Shown here in pieces: positions 26,064 through 39,330 of a stretch of 64,000 nt of DNA. The stretch lies in contig NIVC01000032.1 in NCBI GenBank assembly GCA_002269645.1, positions 1,302,001 through 1,366,000 of the forward strand. The letters run 5' to 3'. The notes beneath the pieces are model-generated. The model did no database searches and was not told the origin of the DNA. It worked only from the letters and a program-made list of their open reading frames with translations. The DNA is from Macrostomum lignano. Lineage: Eukaryota. The stretch's first letter is position 1; each line of letters begins with the position of its first letter. Position numbers and translations under genes: made by a program.

Positions 26064-29000
26064 TCTTAATACTAAAGTTGGTGCGTTGTTTGTCTGTGTG
26101 TGTGTGTGTTTGTTGGATAACTCCTCCTAGAATACTTGCAAGTCAGCGTTGAAACTTATATGGGAAAACTGCAAATTTTCCGAGGATGGCTTTAGGCTAT
26201 TTTAATCTTTCATTTTCAATTTTTAAGATCCCTAAAAAAGCAGAAAATGGCGGTCTTGACCTTTGATAATCTTAATTGTCCCCTCTTTCTGCTTGGAGCT
26301 GAAAATTTGCATCAATTTTAGTGATTGCGCCATAAAATTTTTCTATCTTGGCAGTGTATTTTCTCTCAAGTGGGGGGATGGTCGCGTTCTCAGTGGCTGC
26401 GTGTGTACACTTGAACCCTGGCTCACTGACTGACTTTATAGACAATTGCGCAACTATTTGTGTTCTGTTTTTTAACAGGAAGCCCTGTGTATTTTTTGCA
26501 CAGTGAAATTCAGTGCATTTTAATGCATAAACTTGCGAGCATCTTTAGCAGGCAGTGAACGTACACTCGATATTTCAATGCTTAAAATCAGAAAGTTTCA
26601 AACACTAACTGTTGCTCGAGTTTTGAACTTTGAGAGAGAGACTTTATTGCTGGAAAGATCTTGCTGCGATGAGTTCGGGGATATAAGTTTTTTGCTTTAA
26701 ATATGAAAATTAAATTCACAGCATTCAAGAAAAGATTTTCATACTTTTAGCTTTCTGCAAAGATTGTGCTCATTTTGGAGTTCAATGGGGGTTCGACCGA
26801 CCCCCCAATAGTTGGTGGGGGGGGTTCAATTTCTAGCTGCACTGCGTATTGGAAGGGGGGTCGGTTGCTGTGTATTTGAGGGTTGATTTAGATTGATTTT
26901 TGTTAACTTTAACTGAGGCTGATACTGACTGCCTGAGAAATAAGTTGCGCAATTTAATTGGTTCAATGTTTTTACGGCGCCTTTCAACACGCAGCTGTGT
27001 GTAGCTCTAACCCTAACCCTAACCAATGAATTCTGAGAGCTGGGCTGTTTGACGTAGAAATTTCGATTTAGTCCAGTTTCACGGAGAGGATTTCTATTTC
27101 GCGGAGAATATTTCGATGGTGTTCAGTTTCACGGAGAGGATTTCGATAGTGTTCAGTTTCACGGAGACGATTTCTGTTGCGCGGAGAGGTGTTGGAAAAT
27201 GGGATTCCGCTGATGGAGTTCAGGGAATGGAATTCCGCTGATTGGAGTTCTTCCCCTTTCTTCTCCGAAGGAGGAGTTGGCCTCGTCTTCTTAATACTAA
27301 AACTGGTGCGTTGTTTGTCTGTGTGATACATATCTCCTCCTAGACGACTTGCAAGTCAGCGTCGAAACCTATATGGGAAAACTGCAAATTTTCCGAGGAT
27401 GGCAGTGGGCTATTTCAATTTTTTATTTTTACATTTTAAGATCCCGAAAAAAGCAAAAAACTGCAATCTTGACCTTTGATAATCTTATTTGTCCCCTCTT
27501 TCTGCTTGGAGCTAAAAATTTGCATGAATTTTGAGCGATTGCGCCATAACTTTCTCCTATCTCTGCAGTGTATTTTCTCTCCAGTGGGGGTGCTCGCGTT
27601 CTCAGTGGCGGCGTGTGTACACTTGGACCTTGGCGCACGGGCTGACTGTATAGACAATTGCGCAACGATACGTGCTCTGATTTTCAATTAGGCAGCCCGG
27701 TGTATTTTTTGCACACTGAAATTCAATGCATCAACATGCGAGCCTTTTTAGCAGGCAGGTGAACGTACACTCGATACTTCAATGCTTTAAATCGGGACAT
27801 TTCAAACGCTAACTGTTCCTCGAGTTCTAAACTTTAAAAGAATAGACTTATATTGCTGGAAAGATCTTGCAACACTGAGTTCGGGGATATAAGTTGTTTG
27901 TTTTAAATGTGAAAAGAAAAAACACAGCGATCGAAAACAACTTCCATACTTTTTACTTTCTGGAAAGATTGTACTCATTTTGGGGTTCAATGGGGTTCGA
28001 CCAACCCCCCAACAGTTGGTGGGAGGGGGGGCGGTTCAACTTTTAATTGCCACTGCGGAAGGGGGTCAGTCGCTGTGTATTGGAGGGTTGATTTAGATTG
28101 CGCAATCATTTCGTGTGCACTTGGACCTTGGCGCACGGGCTGACTGTATAGACAATTGCAATTCACTGTTGCAGCCAGTGAACGTACACTCGATATTTCA
28201 ATGCTTAAAATCAGAAAGTTTCAAACACTAACTGTTGCTCGAGTTTTGAACTTAGAGAGGAGAGACTTATATTGCTGGAAAGATCTTGCTGCGATGAGTT
28301 CGGGGATATAAGTTTTTTGCTTTAAATATGAAAATTAAATTCACAGCATTCAAGAAAAGATTTTCATACTTTTAGCTTTCTTCAAAGATTTTGCTCATTT
28401 TGGAGTTCAATGGGGGTTCGACCGACCCCCCAATAGTTGGTGAGGGGGGGGTTCAATTTCTAGCTGCACTGCGTATTGGAAGGGGGGTCGGTTGCTGTGT
28501 ATTTGAGGGTTGATTTAGATTGCGCAATCTTTTTGTTAACTTTAACTGAGGCTGATACTGACTGCCTGAGAAATAAGTTGCGCAATTTAATTGGTTCAAT
28601 GTTTTTACGGCGTCTTTCAACACGCAGCTGTGTGTAGCTCTAACCCTAACCCTAACCTTAACCAATGAATTCTGAGAGCTGGGCTGTTTGACGTAGAAAT
28701 TTCGATTTAGTCCAGTTTCACGGAGAGGATTTCTATTTCGCGGAGAATATTTCGATGGTGTTCAGTTTCACGGAGAGGATTTCGATAGTGTTCAATTTCA
28801 CGGAGACGATTTCTGTTGCGCGGAGAGGTGTTGGAAAATGGGATTCCGCTGATGGAGTTCAGGGAATGGAATTCCGCTGATTGGAGTTCTTCCCCTTTCT
28901 TCTCCGAAGGAGGAGTTTGCCTCGTTAATACTAAAGTTGGTGCGTTGTTTGTCTGTGTGTGTGTGTGTTTGTTGGATAACTCCTCCTAGAATACTTGCAA

Positions 29001-32000
29001 GTCAGCGTTGAAACTTATATGGAAAAACTGCAAATTTTCCGAGGATGGCTTTAGGCTATTTTATTCTTTCATTTTCAATTTTTAAGATCCCTAAAAAAGC
29101 AGAAAATGGCGATCTTGACCTTTGATAATCTTAATTGTCCCCTCTTTCTGCTTGGAGCTGAAAATTTGCATCAATTTTAGTGATTGCGCCATAAAATTTT
29201 TCTATCTTGGCAGTGTATTTTCTCTCAAGTGGGGGGATGGTCGCGTTCTCAGTGGCTGCGTGTGTACACTTGAACCCTGGCTCACTGACTGACTTTATAG
29301 ACAATTGCGCAACTATTTGTGTTCTGTTTTTTAACAGGAAGCCCTGTGTATTTTTTGCACAGTGAAATTCAGTGCATTTTAATGCATAAACTTGCGAGCA
29401 TCTTTAGCAGGCAGTGAACGTACACTCGATATTTCAATGCTTAAAATCAGAAAGTTTCAAACACTAACTGTTGCTCGAGTTTTGAACTTAGAGAGGAGAG
29501 ACTTATATTGCTGGAAAGATCTTGCTGCAATGAGTTCGGGGATATAAGTTTTTTGCTTTAAATATGAAAATTAAATTCACAGCATTCAAGAAAAGATTTT
29601 CATACTTTTAGCTTTCTGCAAAGATTGTGCTCATTTTGGAGTTCAATGGGGGTTCGACCGACCCCCCAATAGTTGGTGGGGGGGAGTTCAATTTCTAGCT
29701 GCACTGCGTATTGGAAGGGGGGTCGGTTGCTGTGTATTTGAGGGTTGATTTAGATTGCGCAATCTTTTTGTTAACTTTAACTGAGGCTGATACTGACTGC
29801 CTGAGAAATAAGTTGCGCAATTTAATTGGTTCAATGTTTTTACGGCGCCTTTCAACACGCAGCTGTGTGTAGCTCTAACCCTAACCCTAACCTTAACCAA
29901 TGAATTCTGAGATTTCTGAGGGAATTCTGAGGGCTGTTTGACGTAGAAATTTCGATTTAGTCCAGTTTCACGGAGAGGATTTCTATTTCGCGGAGAATAT
30001 TTCGATGGTGTTCAGTTTCACGGAGAGGATTTCGATAGTGTTCAGTTTCACGGAGACGATTTCTGTTGCGCGGAGAGGTGTTGGAAAATAGGATTCCGCT
30101 GATGGAGTTCAGGGAATGGAATTCCGCTGATTGGAGTTCTTCCCCTTTCTCCTCCGGAGGAGGAGTTCCACTCGTATATATATCAATGCAGAATTTTCAT
30201 ACGTCTTATACTAAAGTTGGTGTGATGTTTGTCTGTATGTCAGTTGCATAACTCCTCCTAGAATACTTGCAACTCAGAGTTGAAACTCATATGGGAAAAC
30301 TGCAAATTTTCCGGGTCAGGCTATAGGCTATTTTAATCTTTCATTTTTACATTTTAAGATCCCTAAAAAAGCAGAAATAATAGAACAATAGGGGAATATG
30401 CCCATCTTGCGTAATTTGCAATGATTGCGCCACAACAGCTGGCCTATCTGTGTAGTGTATTCTTTCAGCTGAAGGGGGTGTAACCGGGCCGGTTGACATC
30501 AATTTTTAGCGATTGCGCCACAATTTTTTGCATTGAGCACTGGGGCAAATAAAACCCCCGTACGTATTGGGGGTGTTAGGGCTTCAGTAAAATTCAATGA
30601 ATAAATTTGCGAGCCTCCCTATGTAGCAGGCAGTGAACGTACACTCAAAAATTCAATGCTTTAAATTAGGAAATTTCAAACGCAAACTGTTCCCCGAGTT
30701 TTTAACTTAGAGAGAAGAGAGTTATATTGCTGGAAAGATCTTTCAATGCTGATTTCAATTATATAAATTGTTTGCATTAAATATGAAAACTAAATGCTCT
30801 GCATTGGAAAAACTATTTCCATTCTTTTAACTTTCTGCAAAGAGTGTACTCATTTTGGATTGAATGGGGGTTCGACCGACCCCCCAACAGTTGGGGGGGG
30901 GTGGGTTCAATTTCTAACCGCCACTGCGTATTGCAAGGGGTCAGTCTCTGAGCATTGGAGGGTTGATTTAGTTTGCGTAATAATTTTAACCGAGACTGAT
31001 ACTGACTGACGGAGAAATGAATTGCGCCATCAATTTGTTTTATTATTTGTGCCAGCAGGCAGTAGTGAACGTACACGCGATATTTCAATGCTTTAAAACG
31101 GGAACTTTCAAACGCTAACTGCTCTTCGAGTTCTAAACTTTAAGAGAAGAGACTTATACTGCTGAAAAGATCTTGCAACGCTGAGTTCGAGGATATAAAT
31201 TGTTTCAAAAAACTATTTCCATACTTTTAGCTTTATGCAAAGATTGTACTCATTTTTTTGTTCAATGCCCCCAAAAGTTTGAGGTTCAATTTCTAACTGC
31301 CACTGCGTATTGAAAAGGGGTCGGTCTCTGTGTACTGGAGGGTTGATTTAGATTGCGCAATTTTTTTGTTAACTTTAACTGAGGCTGATACTGACTGCCT
31401 GAGAAATAAGTTGCGCAATTTAATTGGTTCAATTGGTTCATTTTTTATTTGAACACGCAGCTGTGTGTAGCTCTAACCCTAACCCTAACCCTTAACAATA
31501 ACCAATGAATCCTGATATTTATTCTTTTTGACGGAGGAAATTTCGATTGAGTCCAGTTTAAAAGAAAGAATTTCGATGGTTTTCAGTTTCACGGAGAGGA
31601 TTTCTGTTTCGCGGAGAGGATTTCGATTCTCTTCAGTTTCACGGAGAGGATTTCGATGGTTTTCAGTTGCACGGACAGGATTTCTGCTTCGCGGAGAGGA
31701 TCTTGATTGATTTGGCATCTTCAATCAGTCAGAGAAGAGAATAAAAAGAAGAATGAAAAAAGAAGAGATATGAGATGGTAGAAAACAGAGTAGAAATGAG
31801 TGGAGAGATTAGACATGACAGATGGGAGAGAAGAGGGGATTAAGGCGGGAACGAAGGACAGAAAAGCGAAGAGGAGAAAGGAGATGAGAGGGGATATATG
31901 AGATAGCAAAGGGAGACAAGAGAGATAATAGGAGAGAGAATAGATGAAGGATAAGAGCGTACAGAGGAAATAGAAGAGAGGGGAGAGTAGAGGAGAAAGA

Positions 32001-35000
32001 AAGAGTGAGATGAGGGATGAGAGATGAGAGAGGAGCGGAGAGAGAAGAGAGAAAAGAGGAGAAAAAAGGGGAGAAAGGAGACAGACGAGAGTAGAGACGA
32101 AAGACGAGGGAGAAGATATAAATAAAGTAGTAGAGATGAGAGGAGAGGGAGGAGTGAGAAGCGAAAGGAAAAGAGCGAGAGGAGAGAGGAGAGAGGTGAA
32201 AAATCAGAGATGAGAGAGTTAAGAGAGGGAAGTAGTGAGGAGAGGAGAGAAGAGAGATGCGAGGAGAAGAGATGAGTGAGAACATAAGAGAAAAGAGATT
32301 AGAGATTAGAAAAGAGAGAAGAGAAGAGACGGGGGGTAGTGGAAAGGAGGAAAGAAAGATGGGAGACAAGAAAGTAGAGTCTGAGACCGTATATGAGATA
32401 TAAGAAATGAGAGCAGAGAGGAGAGAAGAGAGAGAGAGAGAGAGAGAGGGTTAAGAGAGACGATAGATAAGTGAGTAGAGATGACATATGAGAGAGAAGA
32501 GAAGAAGGAGAGATAAGAGAGAAGAGAGGAGACAGGAGACAGAAGTGAAGAATAGAGATGTGATAGAACAGAGAACAGAGGAGACAGGAGGGGGTACAGA
32601 CGAAAGACGAGGGAGAAGAGATAAATAAGGGAGTAGGGGTAGATATGAGATGAGAGAGGAGAGAGAAGAGAGTCACGATAATAGCGAAGAGAGGAGAGAG
32701 GAGATATAAGAGACGTGAGAGTCTTTGAGCAATGGTCTTTGAAAGGTTTTGTAAAGAATTTGGAGACGATTTGGAAGATAGGGTTCAAGAGATGGAATTT
32801 CAGTTGATGAATATTTCAGGAAATGGAATTCCGGTGATGGGAGTTCTTCCCCTTTCTCCTCCGAAGGAGGAGTTCCACTCGTCTTATACTAAAGTTGGTG
32901 TGATGTTTGTCTGTATGTCAGTTGCATAACTCCTCCTAGAATACTTGCAACTCAGAGTTGAAACTCATATGGGAAAACTGCAAATTTTCCGGGTCAGGCT
33001 ATAGGCTATTTTAATCTTTCATTTTTACATTTTAAGATCCCTAAAAAAGCAGAAATAATAGAACAATAGGGGAATATGCCCATCTTGCGTAATTTGCAAT
33101 GATTGCGCCACAACAGCTGGCCTATCTGTGTAGTGTATTCTTTCAGCTGAAGGGGGTGTAACCGGGCCGGTTGACATCAATTTTTAGCGATTGCGCCACA
33201 ATTTTTTGCATTGAGCACTGGGGCAAATAAAACCCCCGTACGTATTGGGGGTGTTAGGGCTTCAGTAAAATTCAATGAATAAATTTGCGAGCCTCCCTAT
33301 GTAGCAGGCAGTGAACGTACACTCAAAAATTCAATGCTTTAAATTGGGAAATTTCAAACGCAAACTGTTCCCCGAGTTTTTAACTTAGAGAGAAGAGAGT
33401 TATATTGCTGGAAAGATCTTTCAATGCTGATTTCAATTATATAAATTGTTTGCATTAAATATGAAAACTAAATGCTCTGCATTGGAAAAACTATTTCCAT
33501 TCTTTTAACTTTCTGCAAAGAGTGTACTCATTTTGGATTGAATGGGGGTTCGACCGACCCCCCAACAGTTGGGGGGGGGGGGGTGGGTTCAATTTCTAAC
33601 CGCCACTGCGTATTGCAAGGGGTCAGTCTCTGAGCATTGGAGGGTTGATTTAGTTTGCGTAATAATTTTAACCGAGACTGATACTGACTGACGGAGAAAT
33701 GAATTGCGCCATCAATTTGTTTTATTATTTGTGCCAGCAGGCAGTAGTGAACGTACACTCGATATTTCAATGCTTTAAAACGGGAACTTTTAAACGCTAA
33801 ATTCTCTTTGAGTATTAAACTTTGAGAGGAGAGACTTATATTGCTGAAAAGAGCTTGCAACGCTGAGTTCGGGTATAAAAATTGTTTGCTTTAAAGTAGA
33901 AAAACAAAGGCGGAGCAATGGAAAAAGTTTTTCATACTTTTTACTGTCGGCAAAGATTTTATTCATTTTAGGGGTTCATGGGTGTTCCGGGGTTTGTTTC
34001 ATCTTCTAACTGCCACTGAGTATTGGAGAGGGTCGGTCGCTGTGTATTGGAGGGTTGATTTACAATAGATTGCGCAATCTTTTTGCTAACTTAATACTGG
34101 CTGACTGAGAAATCGGTTGCGCAATCAATTGATTCAATTAGTTCAATATTTTATTGGCGCCTTTCAACCCGCTGCTGTGTGTAGCTCTAACCCTAACCCT
34201 AACCAATGAATTCTGAGAGTTGAGTTTAGCTGATGGAGTTCAGGGAATGGAATTCCGGTGATGAGAGTTCTTCCCCTTTCTCCTCCATCGGAGGAGTTGG
34301 CCTCGTCTTTCTTCTTATATCTAAAGCTGAGTGGGTCGATCGACCGGCCGGGTTTAACGCGTATCTCCTCCTAGACGGCTGGCAACTCAAATGCGGGACT
34401 TACATATATCAATTCAGAATTTTCCTACGCAACAAATAGGCTATTTTAATGTTGAAAAATTAAAAGTCAAGTCCGTTAAAAAAGCAAAAAGCTGTTTTCT
34501 TAACCTTCTTTGGCCACTTTGCCTCTCCAGTGGCATTATTGTAAAAACAACCACCCCAACCTCCCCCGCAGGTCGCTGTGTATTGGAGGGGTGGTTGATG
34601 CGTGTTCTGGGTTCAATGCTAATAAAACCCCCGCGTGTTGGGGGGTTCAGTTAAATTTAATGCTTCCCTCCAGAACGGAGGGTTGGTTTGGGCTGAGTGT
34701 ACATAGCAATGTACATTGTAAACAGATAGATAGGACTGTGTCGAGATTCAATTGGTTTTACTATCGGCGCCTTTCAAAAGGCAGCCTGTCTGTATATTAG
34801 CTGGGCAGTGAAATTCAATGAATAAACAGCAGGCAGGTGAATGTACACTCGATACTTAATGCTTTGAACCGGGAAGTTCAGACGTTAACTGTTCCTTTTT
34901 TTTTAACTTTGAGAGGAGAGACTTATATTGCTGGAAGGATCTTGCAACGCTGAATTCGGGGATTTAAGTTATTTGCTTTAAATATGAAAACAAAAAGCAC

Positions 35001-36968
35001 AGCATTGAAAAAAACGATTCCATACTTTTAAAATTTCTGCCAAGATTGTAGTTGGGGGGGGGGGTTGAGTACACAAATTCAGGCCAGCTATCATTTGAGT
35101 AAATTCAGTAATGGAGGAGGCGGGTAACAAATTTCAATTGGTTTGATTATCGGCGCTTTCAGTCCGTCAGATAAGAGAGTAAAGAGAAGAGAGATTTCAA
35201 GGAGAAGAGAGGATAGAAAGATGATAGAAAGACAGTAGATATGAGAGATAAGAGATTAAAGACGACAGAGCCAGAGGGGAGAGAAGAGGGGAGTGAGGCG
35301 GGAATGATGAAGAGGGAGAGCGAAGAGAAGAGAAAGTAGAGGGAAGAAAGGAGGGGAGAGAGGAAAATGAGAGAGCAAAGGAGGGAGGAAAGATGGGAGG
35401 AGAGAGGAGGGATAAGATAGTACAGAGGAGAGAGAAGAGAGAGGAGAGATGAGACAGGAGACGGTAGAGAGAAGAGGGGAAAGATGAGAGATGAAGAGGG
35501 AGAGGGTAAGAGAGAAAATAGGAGTATGAGAATTGAGAGCAGAGAGGAGAGACGAGAGAGAAAAAAGAGGAGAGAGAGAGGACAGGGTAGAGGAGAGGCG
35601 ATAGATAAGCGAGTAGAGATGAGAGATGAGAGAGAAGAGGAGAGATAGAGAGAATTGAGAGAAGACAGGAGAGAAGAGATAGAGAGAAGAGGGGAGAGAG
35701 CGAAGCGAGAAGAGAAGGGAGAGAAGAGAGAGATGAAAAAACAAATGAGAGAGCAAAAGGGGAAAGATGAGAGAATAGAGATGAGAAAATAGAGATGAGA
35801 GCGTAGAGGGGAGAGATGAGAGATGGGAGGTGATTGATAAGAAAGTAAGAGTAGAGATGAGAGAGGAGATGGAGAGCAGGAAGCAGAAAGAAGAGATTAG
35901 ATAAAGGAGCAAAGAGGAGAGAGGCGACAGGAGAGAGTCTCAGTCTGGACGATGGCAGTCAATTTTTGTAAACAGGGAAAACATGCTATGATATTTCAGA
36001 GGTTTTATGGAGGATTTGGAAGATTTGGAAGATTTTTTGACGTATACCCAGACAATTAAAAATCATATTTTTATAGACTTCAGTTTCATAGTCTTGATTG
36101 ACTGAAATTTGATAGAGATAGTATTTTTTTAAATCGATGGATTGTAGCTTGAAGGAGGATGATACAAGCTAGATTGCAGTTTAACGGAGAGGATTTTGAT
36201 GATAGCTGTTTCATGGAGAGGATGAAATGGTTAAATTGAAAGGGAATAGAGAAAAGAGAAAAGGCTAGAGTAGATAAAAGATTAGATGAAAGAGAACATG
36301 AAAAGAGAGAATTAAAAGGGACAGATTAGAGAAAAGAAAAAAAGAGAATAAAGGCGAGAGAAGAGATGAAGGAATTGAGAGGAGAGAGGAGAGGGGTAAG
36401 AGAGGAGAAAGAGGAGACAGAGGGAGTAGAGCCAAAAGACGAGAGAGAAGAGATAAATTAGTAGAGATGAGGGGAGAGAGAGGAGAGAGAAGCAAGAGGA
36501 TAAGGGAGAGAGGAGAGGGGAGAAAGTAGAGAGATGAGAGAGCAGAGAGGAGATAAAGGAGACGAGAGAGAAGAGATAAAAGAGGAGAGAGGAAAAAGTT
36601 GAGAGGAGAAAGTAGTGAGGAGAGATAAGAGAGTAGACATGAGAAATGATAGATAAGCGAGGAGATGAGAGCAGAGAGGAGATAGGAGAGATTAGAGATG
36701 AGAGAGCAGAGAGGAGATAGGAGAGATTAGAGATGAGAGAGCAAAGAGGAGAGAGGAGACAGACGAGAGTCTCAGTCTGGACGATGGCAGGCAGTCAATT
36801 TTTGCACACAGGTAAAACAACATGGTTTTTGGGAGGTTAATATAGGATTTGGAGAGGATTTGGACGATGGGATTCGTGTCATTGGATTCAGCTGATGGTT
36901 TCGGGGAATGAAATTCTGGCGATGGGAGTTCTATCCCCTCACTCCGCCAACGGAGGAGTTGGCCTTAG
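26064..36968 (+). repeat. Six non-autonomous Helitron units downstream of the coding element (26064-27285, 27286-28924, 28925-30174, 30175-32881, 32882-34305, 34306-36968)
   Basis: Same modular organisation and termini as the upstream units. Confidence 0.8.
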
Positions 36969-37439
36969 TCACTATAAGACCCGGTAAAAGTTGTTAGACA
37001 CCACAGTTGGCGGACAGTCTGACCATTTTTAATTTACGTGTATATAGAGTTGCTCACACGACGTGCTTACAATCCCTTGAAGCCGTTGGTTGTCCTCACC
37101 GATTCGTCCTAAGAGATCTGACGCCTTGTAATACCTGTTGCTAAAAATAGAAATGACGCATGAAAAAATGAAGTTTCAGAGAGATGCCCGAGAACAGGGA
37201 TGTTATGCGAAAATGCAGGAGGGGCCGGCCGAGGTGGAGAGGGGGTGATGTATGCAAATTATAAAGTGGCTTAGAATATATATGTAAAATTAAAGATTTT
37301 TCCGGTCAAGTAGCAAAATCGAGTATTTTTGTTTGAATAATAGCAAAATACACGTCGTCAGGTCAAGTGACAACCAGCCAAATCAAGTTGAGAACTGTCA
37401 ACTCAGAGACACCAAAAGACCAACAAGCTCTTCACAATC

Positions 37440-39330
37440 TCAAAACTTCACAATCTCGAAAATTATCAAGCTCGGAACTTCACAAGCAGTCAGCTGGAGT
37501 CGCCGACGGCGCAACAGTTTGCTGCGATGGAACAGGAGGCCGGTGTAGCGATAGAGTGCCGCATTGAGTGCCGAGTGACTCGCTCGTAGCTGATCTTGAA
37601 GGCGGCGCGCAGCGAGCCAGCGTGCGCCGCATCCACCTGCTATTCGAGCGATTCTGTCAGCGTCCTGATGCAAGACAGCCCTCACGGAACGGAAGGCAGC
37701 CCAGGGAAGTCTACGGCGACGTCGCGGATACTTGCCAACGTCCGGCACCAAACCGCCGAGGTAGACAAACTGCTGACAGTGCGGAAGCTTCGTCACCTGC
37801 CCGTCAGCGCCTCGGCACAAAAATTGCAGCCTTGATGTCATCCGGCACGCAGAGCACGACGGTCTTCTGCGTGTTGACCACCAAAACGACGCTTGCCGCA
37901 ACGCTTACCAGCCGGTCCAGCTTGCTGTCCTGAAAGGTCGAGGACAGCAAGGCGAGATCGTCGGCGTAGCGAAGCACGCTGAGCCGCCTCTCCGGCAGGC
38001 GTCGACCCACGCGTCGCTGCAGCAGGAAGCCGTCGTCGTTAGAAGGGAGAAAAGTCCGCAGCACCCAGTCAAGCACTAGGACGAACAGGACGAACAAGCA
38101 CCAAGTGTATCTCCCTGAAGCACCTCAGAGGATGTCTCAAAGAAATCCGACAGGCCGTCCGGTGTTACGCTCGCAGCTCAGCAGCGTTCGCGCCATGATA
38201 CACCATGACAGCGGAAATCAGCTGCTCTGGCACATTTATACCCACGAAACACCATTGGGAGCACGGCCCTCACGACCGAGTCGAAAGCCTTCCTGAAGTC
38301 AATAAAGGGAGCAATCAGGCTCGACTGGTGGGTCCGCGCTTCCCCGATGATTCGCCGAAGAGCCAGGATCTGCACCACCGTGCCGCGATGGGGCCGGAAC
38401 CCGTTCTGCTCAGGCCGCAAATACGGGTCCAGCACAGCCTGCAACCGCGATAGCAGCATCCGGTTAAACAGCTTCTTAGCGCAGGACTGCAGGCAGATAT
38501 CTCGGTATTCATCAAGCCGTGTGGTGCCCGCGGCTTCTTCGGAATAGCGACTATGTGTGCGGTGGTCCATTCATTGAGTGCCGCCTCACCAAAAAGCACG
38601 CGGTTCATAACACTGGCGACCTCGCTGGCCACACAGTGGAGTCGCAGTGCCTCGATGGGCCCCTCGTCGGGACCCAGCGCTTTGCCGCCCGGAGTCTTCT
38701 GGGCGAGAATCACAACGTCGGCTGTGCTGATTGGTGCTACGTAGAAACTCTCCTCTGCCGACAACGGCGTCCCTGGCGGCAGCCTCAGATCGTTTGCTAG
38801 AGGGGGCGGCAGCCTCAGATCGTTTGCTAGAGGGGGCGGCAGCGCGTTGACGATGGCGGCGAAAAACTCGCGCAGCTCATTTTCTGCGCTCATCCGGAGT
38901 GTCACCAGCCAGGTTGAGCGGGATGTGCCGCTTCCGCCCGGTCAGAGCATTGATGGTGGCCCCGGCAACGCGCCCTTGGCGTCGGTTCCAGCGGCGGTGA
39001 CGGCCTGGATGGCGTCGTCAACAGCGGCCTGTTGCCGCTACAGGTAGACAGCCGCCAGAGCCTCCTCCGCCTCGCGAGTTGGCCGCCTGCTCAGACGGAG
39101 CCTCTCTGGCTTTGCCCTCGCTTGCCGAATCGCAGGGTCAACAACCTGCCAGACCGGCTGCCTACGTTGAGCCGGTTGCATCAGCAGGAATGCTTGCCCG
39201 CACCTGTCGCCAAGCGCGCTGACGAAGGCGCTAGCAAAATGGCGACGGGTCTCCTTGAGCGCACGATAAGAGACGTTGCCTTCGAGCTATTGGCATTGTG
39301 CGGAGCAAAGCTCAGCGGCACTCTGGGAAT
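37440..39330 (-). mobile_element. Decayed non-LTR retrotransposon (RTE-like reverse transcriptase), frameshifted
   Basis: Fragments in several frames: WTTAHIVAIPKK, YRDICLQSCAKKLFNRMLLSRL, EQNGFRPHR, FIDFRKAFDSV, LRYADDLALLS and VVNTQKT. The clade assignment is tentative. Confidence 0.85.

Larger units (their letters stand above)
7063..36968 (+). mobile_element. Composite tandem Helitron array: 12 head-to-tail units, one of them coding
   Basis: The left edge is A|TC (7062|7063) and the right edge is hairpin + TTAG|T (36968|36969), with no TSD. Hairpin/CTCG-type 3' ends lie at ~9515, 11838, 14159, 15489, 16942, 26063, 27285, 28924, 30174, 32881, 34305 and 36968. Each internal end is followed, directly or after a short spacer, by a ..ATACTAAAG/..ATACTAAAAC..TTGTTTGTCTGT-type 5' end or, at 34313, the TCTTATATCTAAAG cap. 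Confidence 0.8.

Noticed and set aside
38776-38840. 30-bp tandem duplication in the RTE-like element (PPPLANDLRL x2)
   Set aside because: A local slippage event in a dead element with no wider significance.
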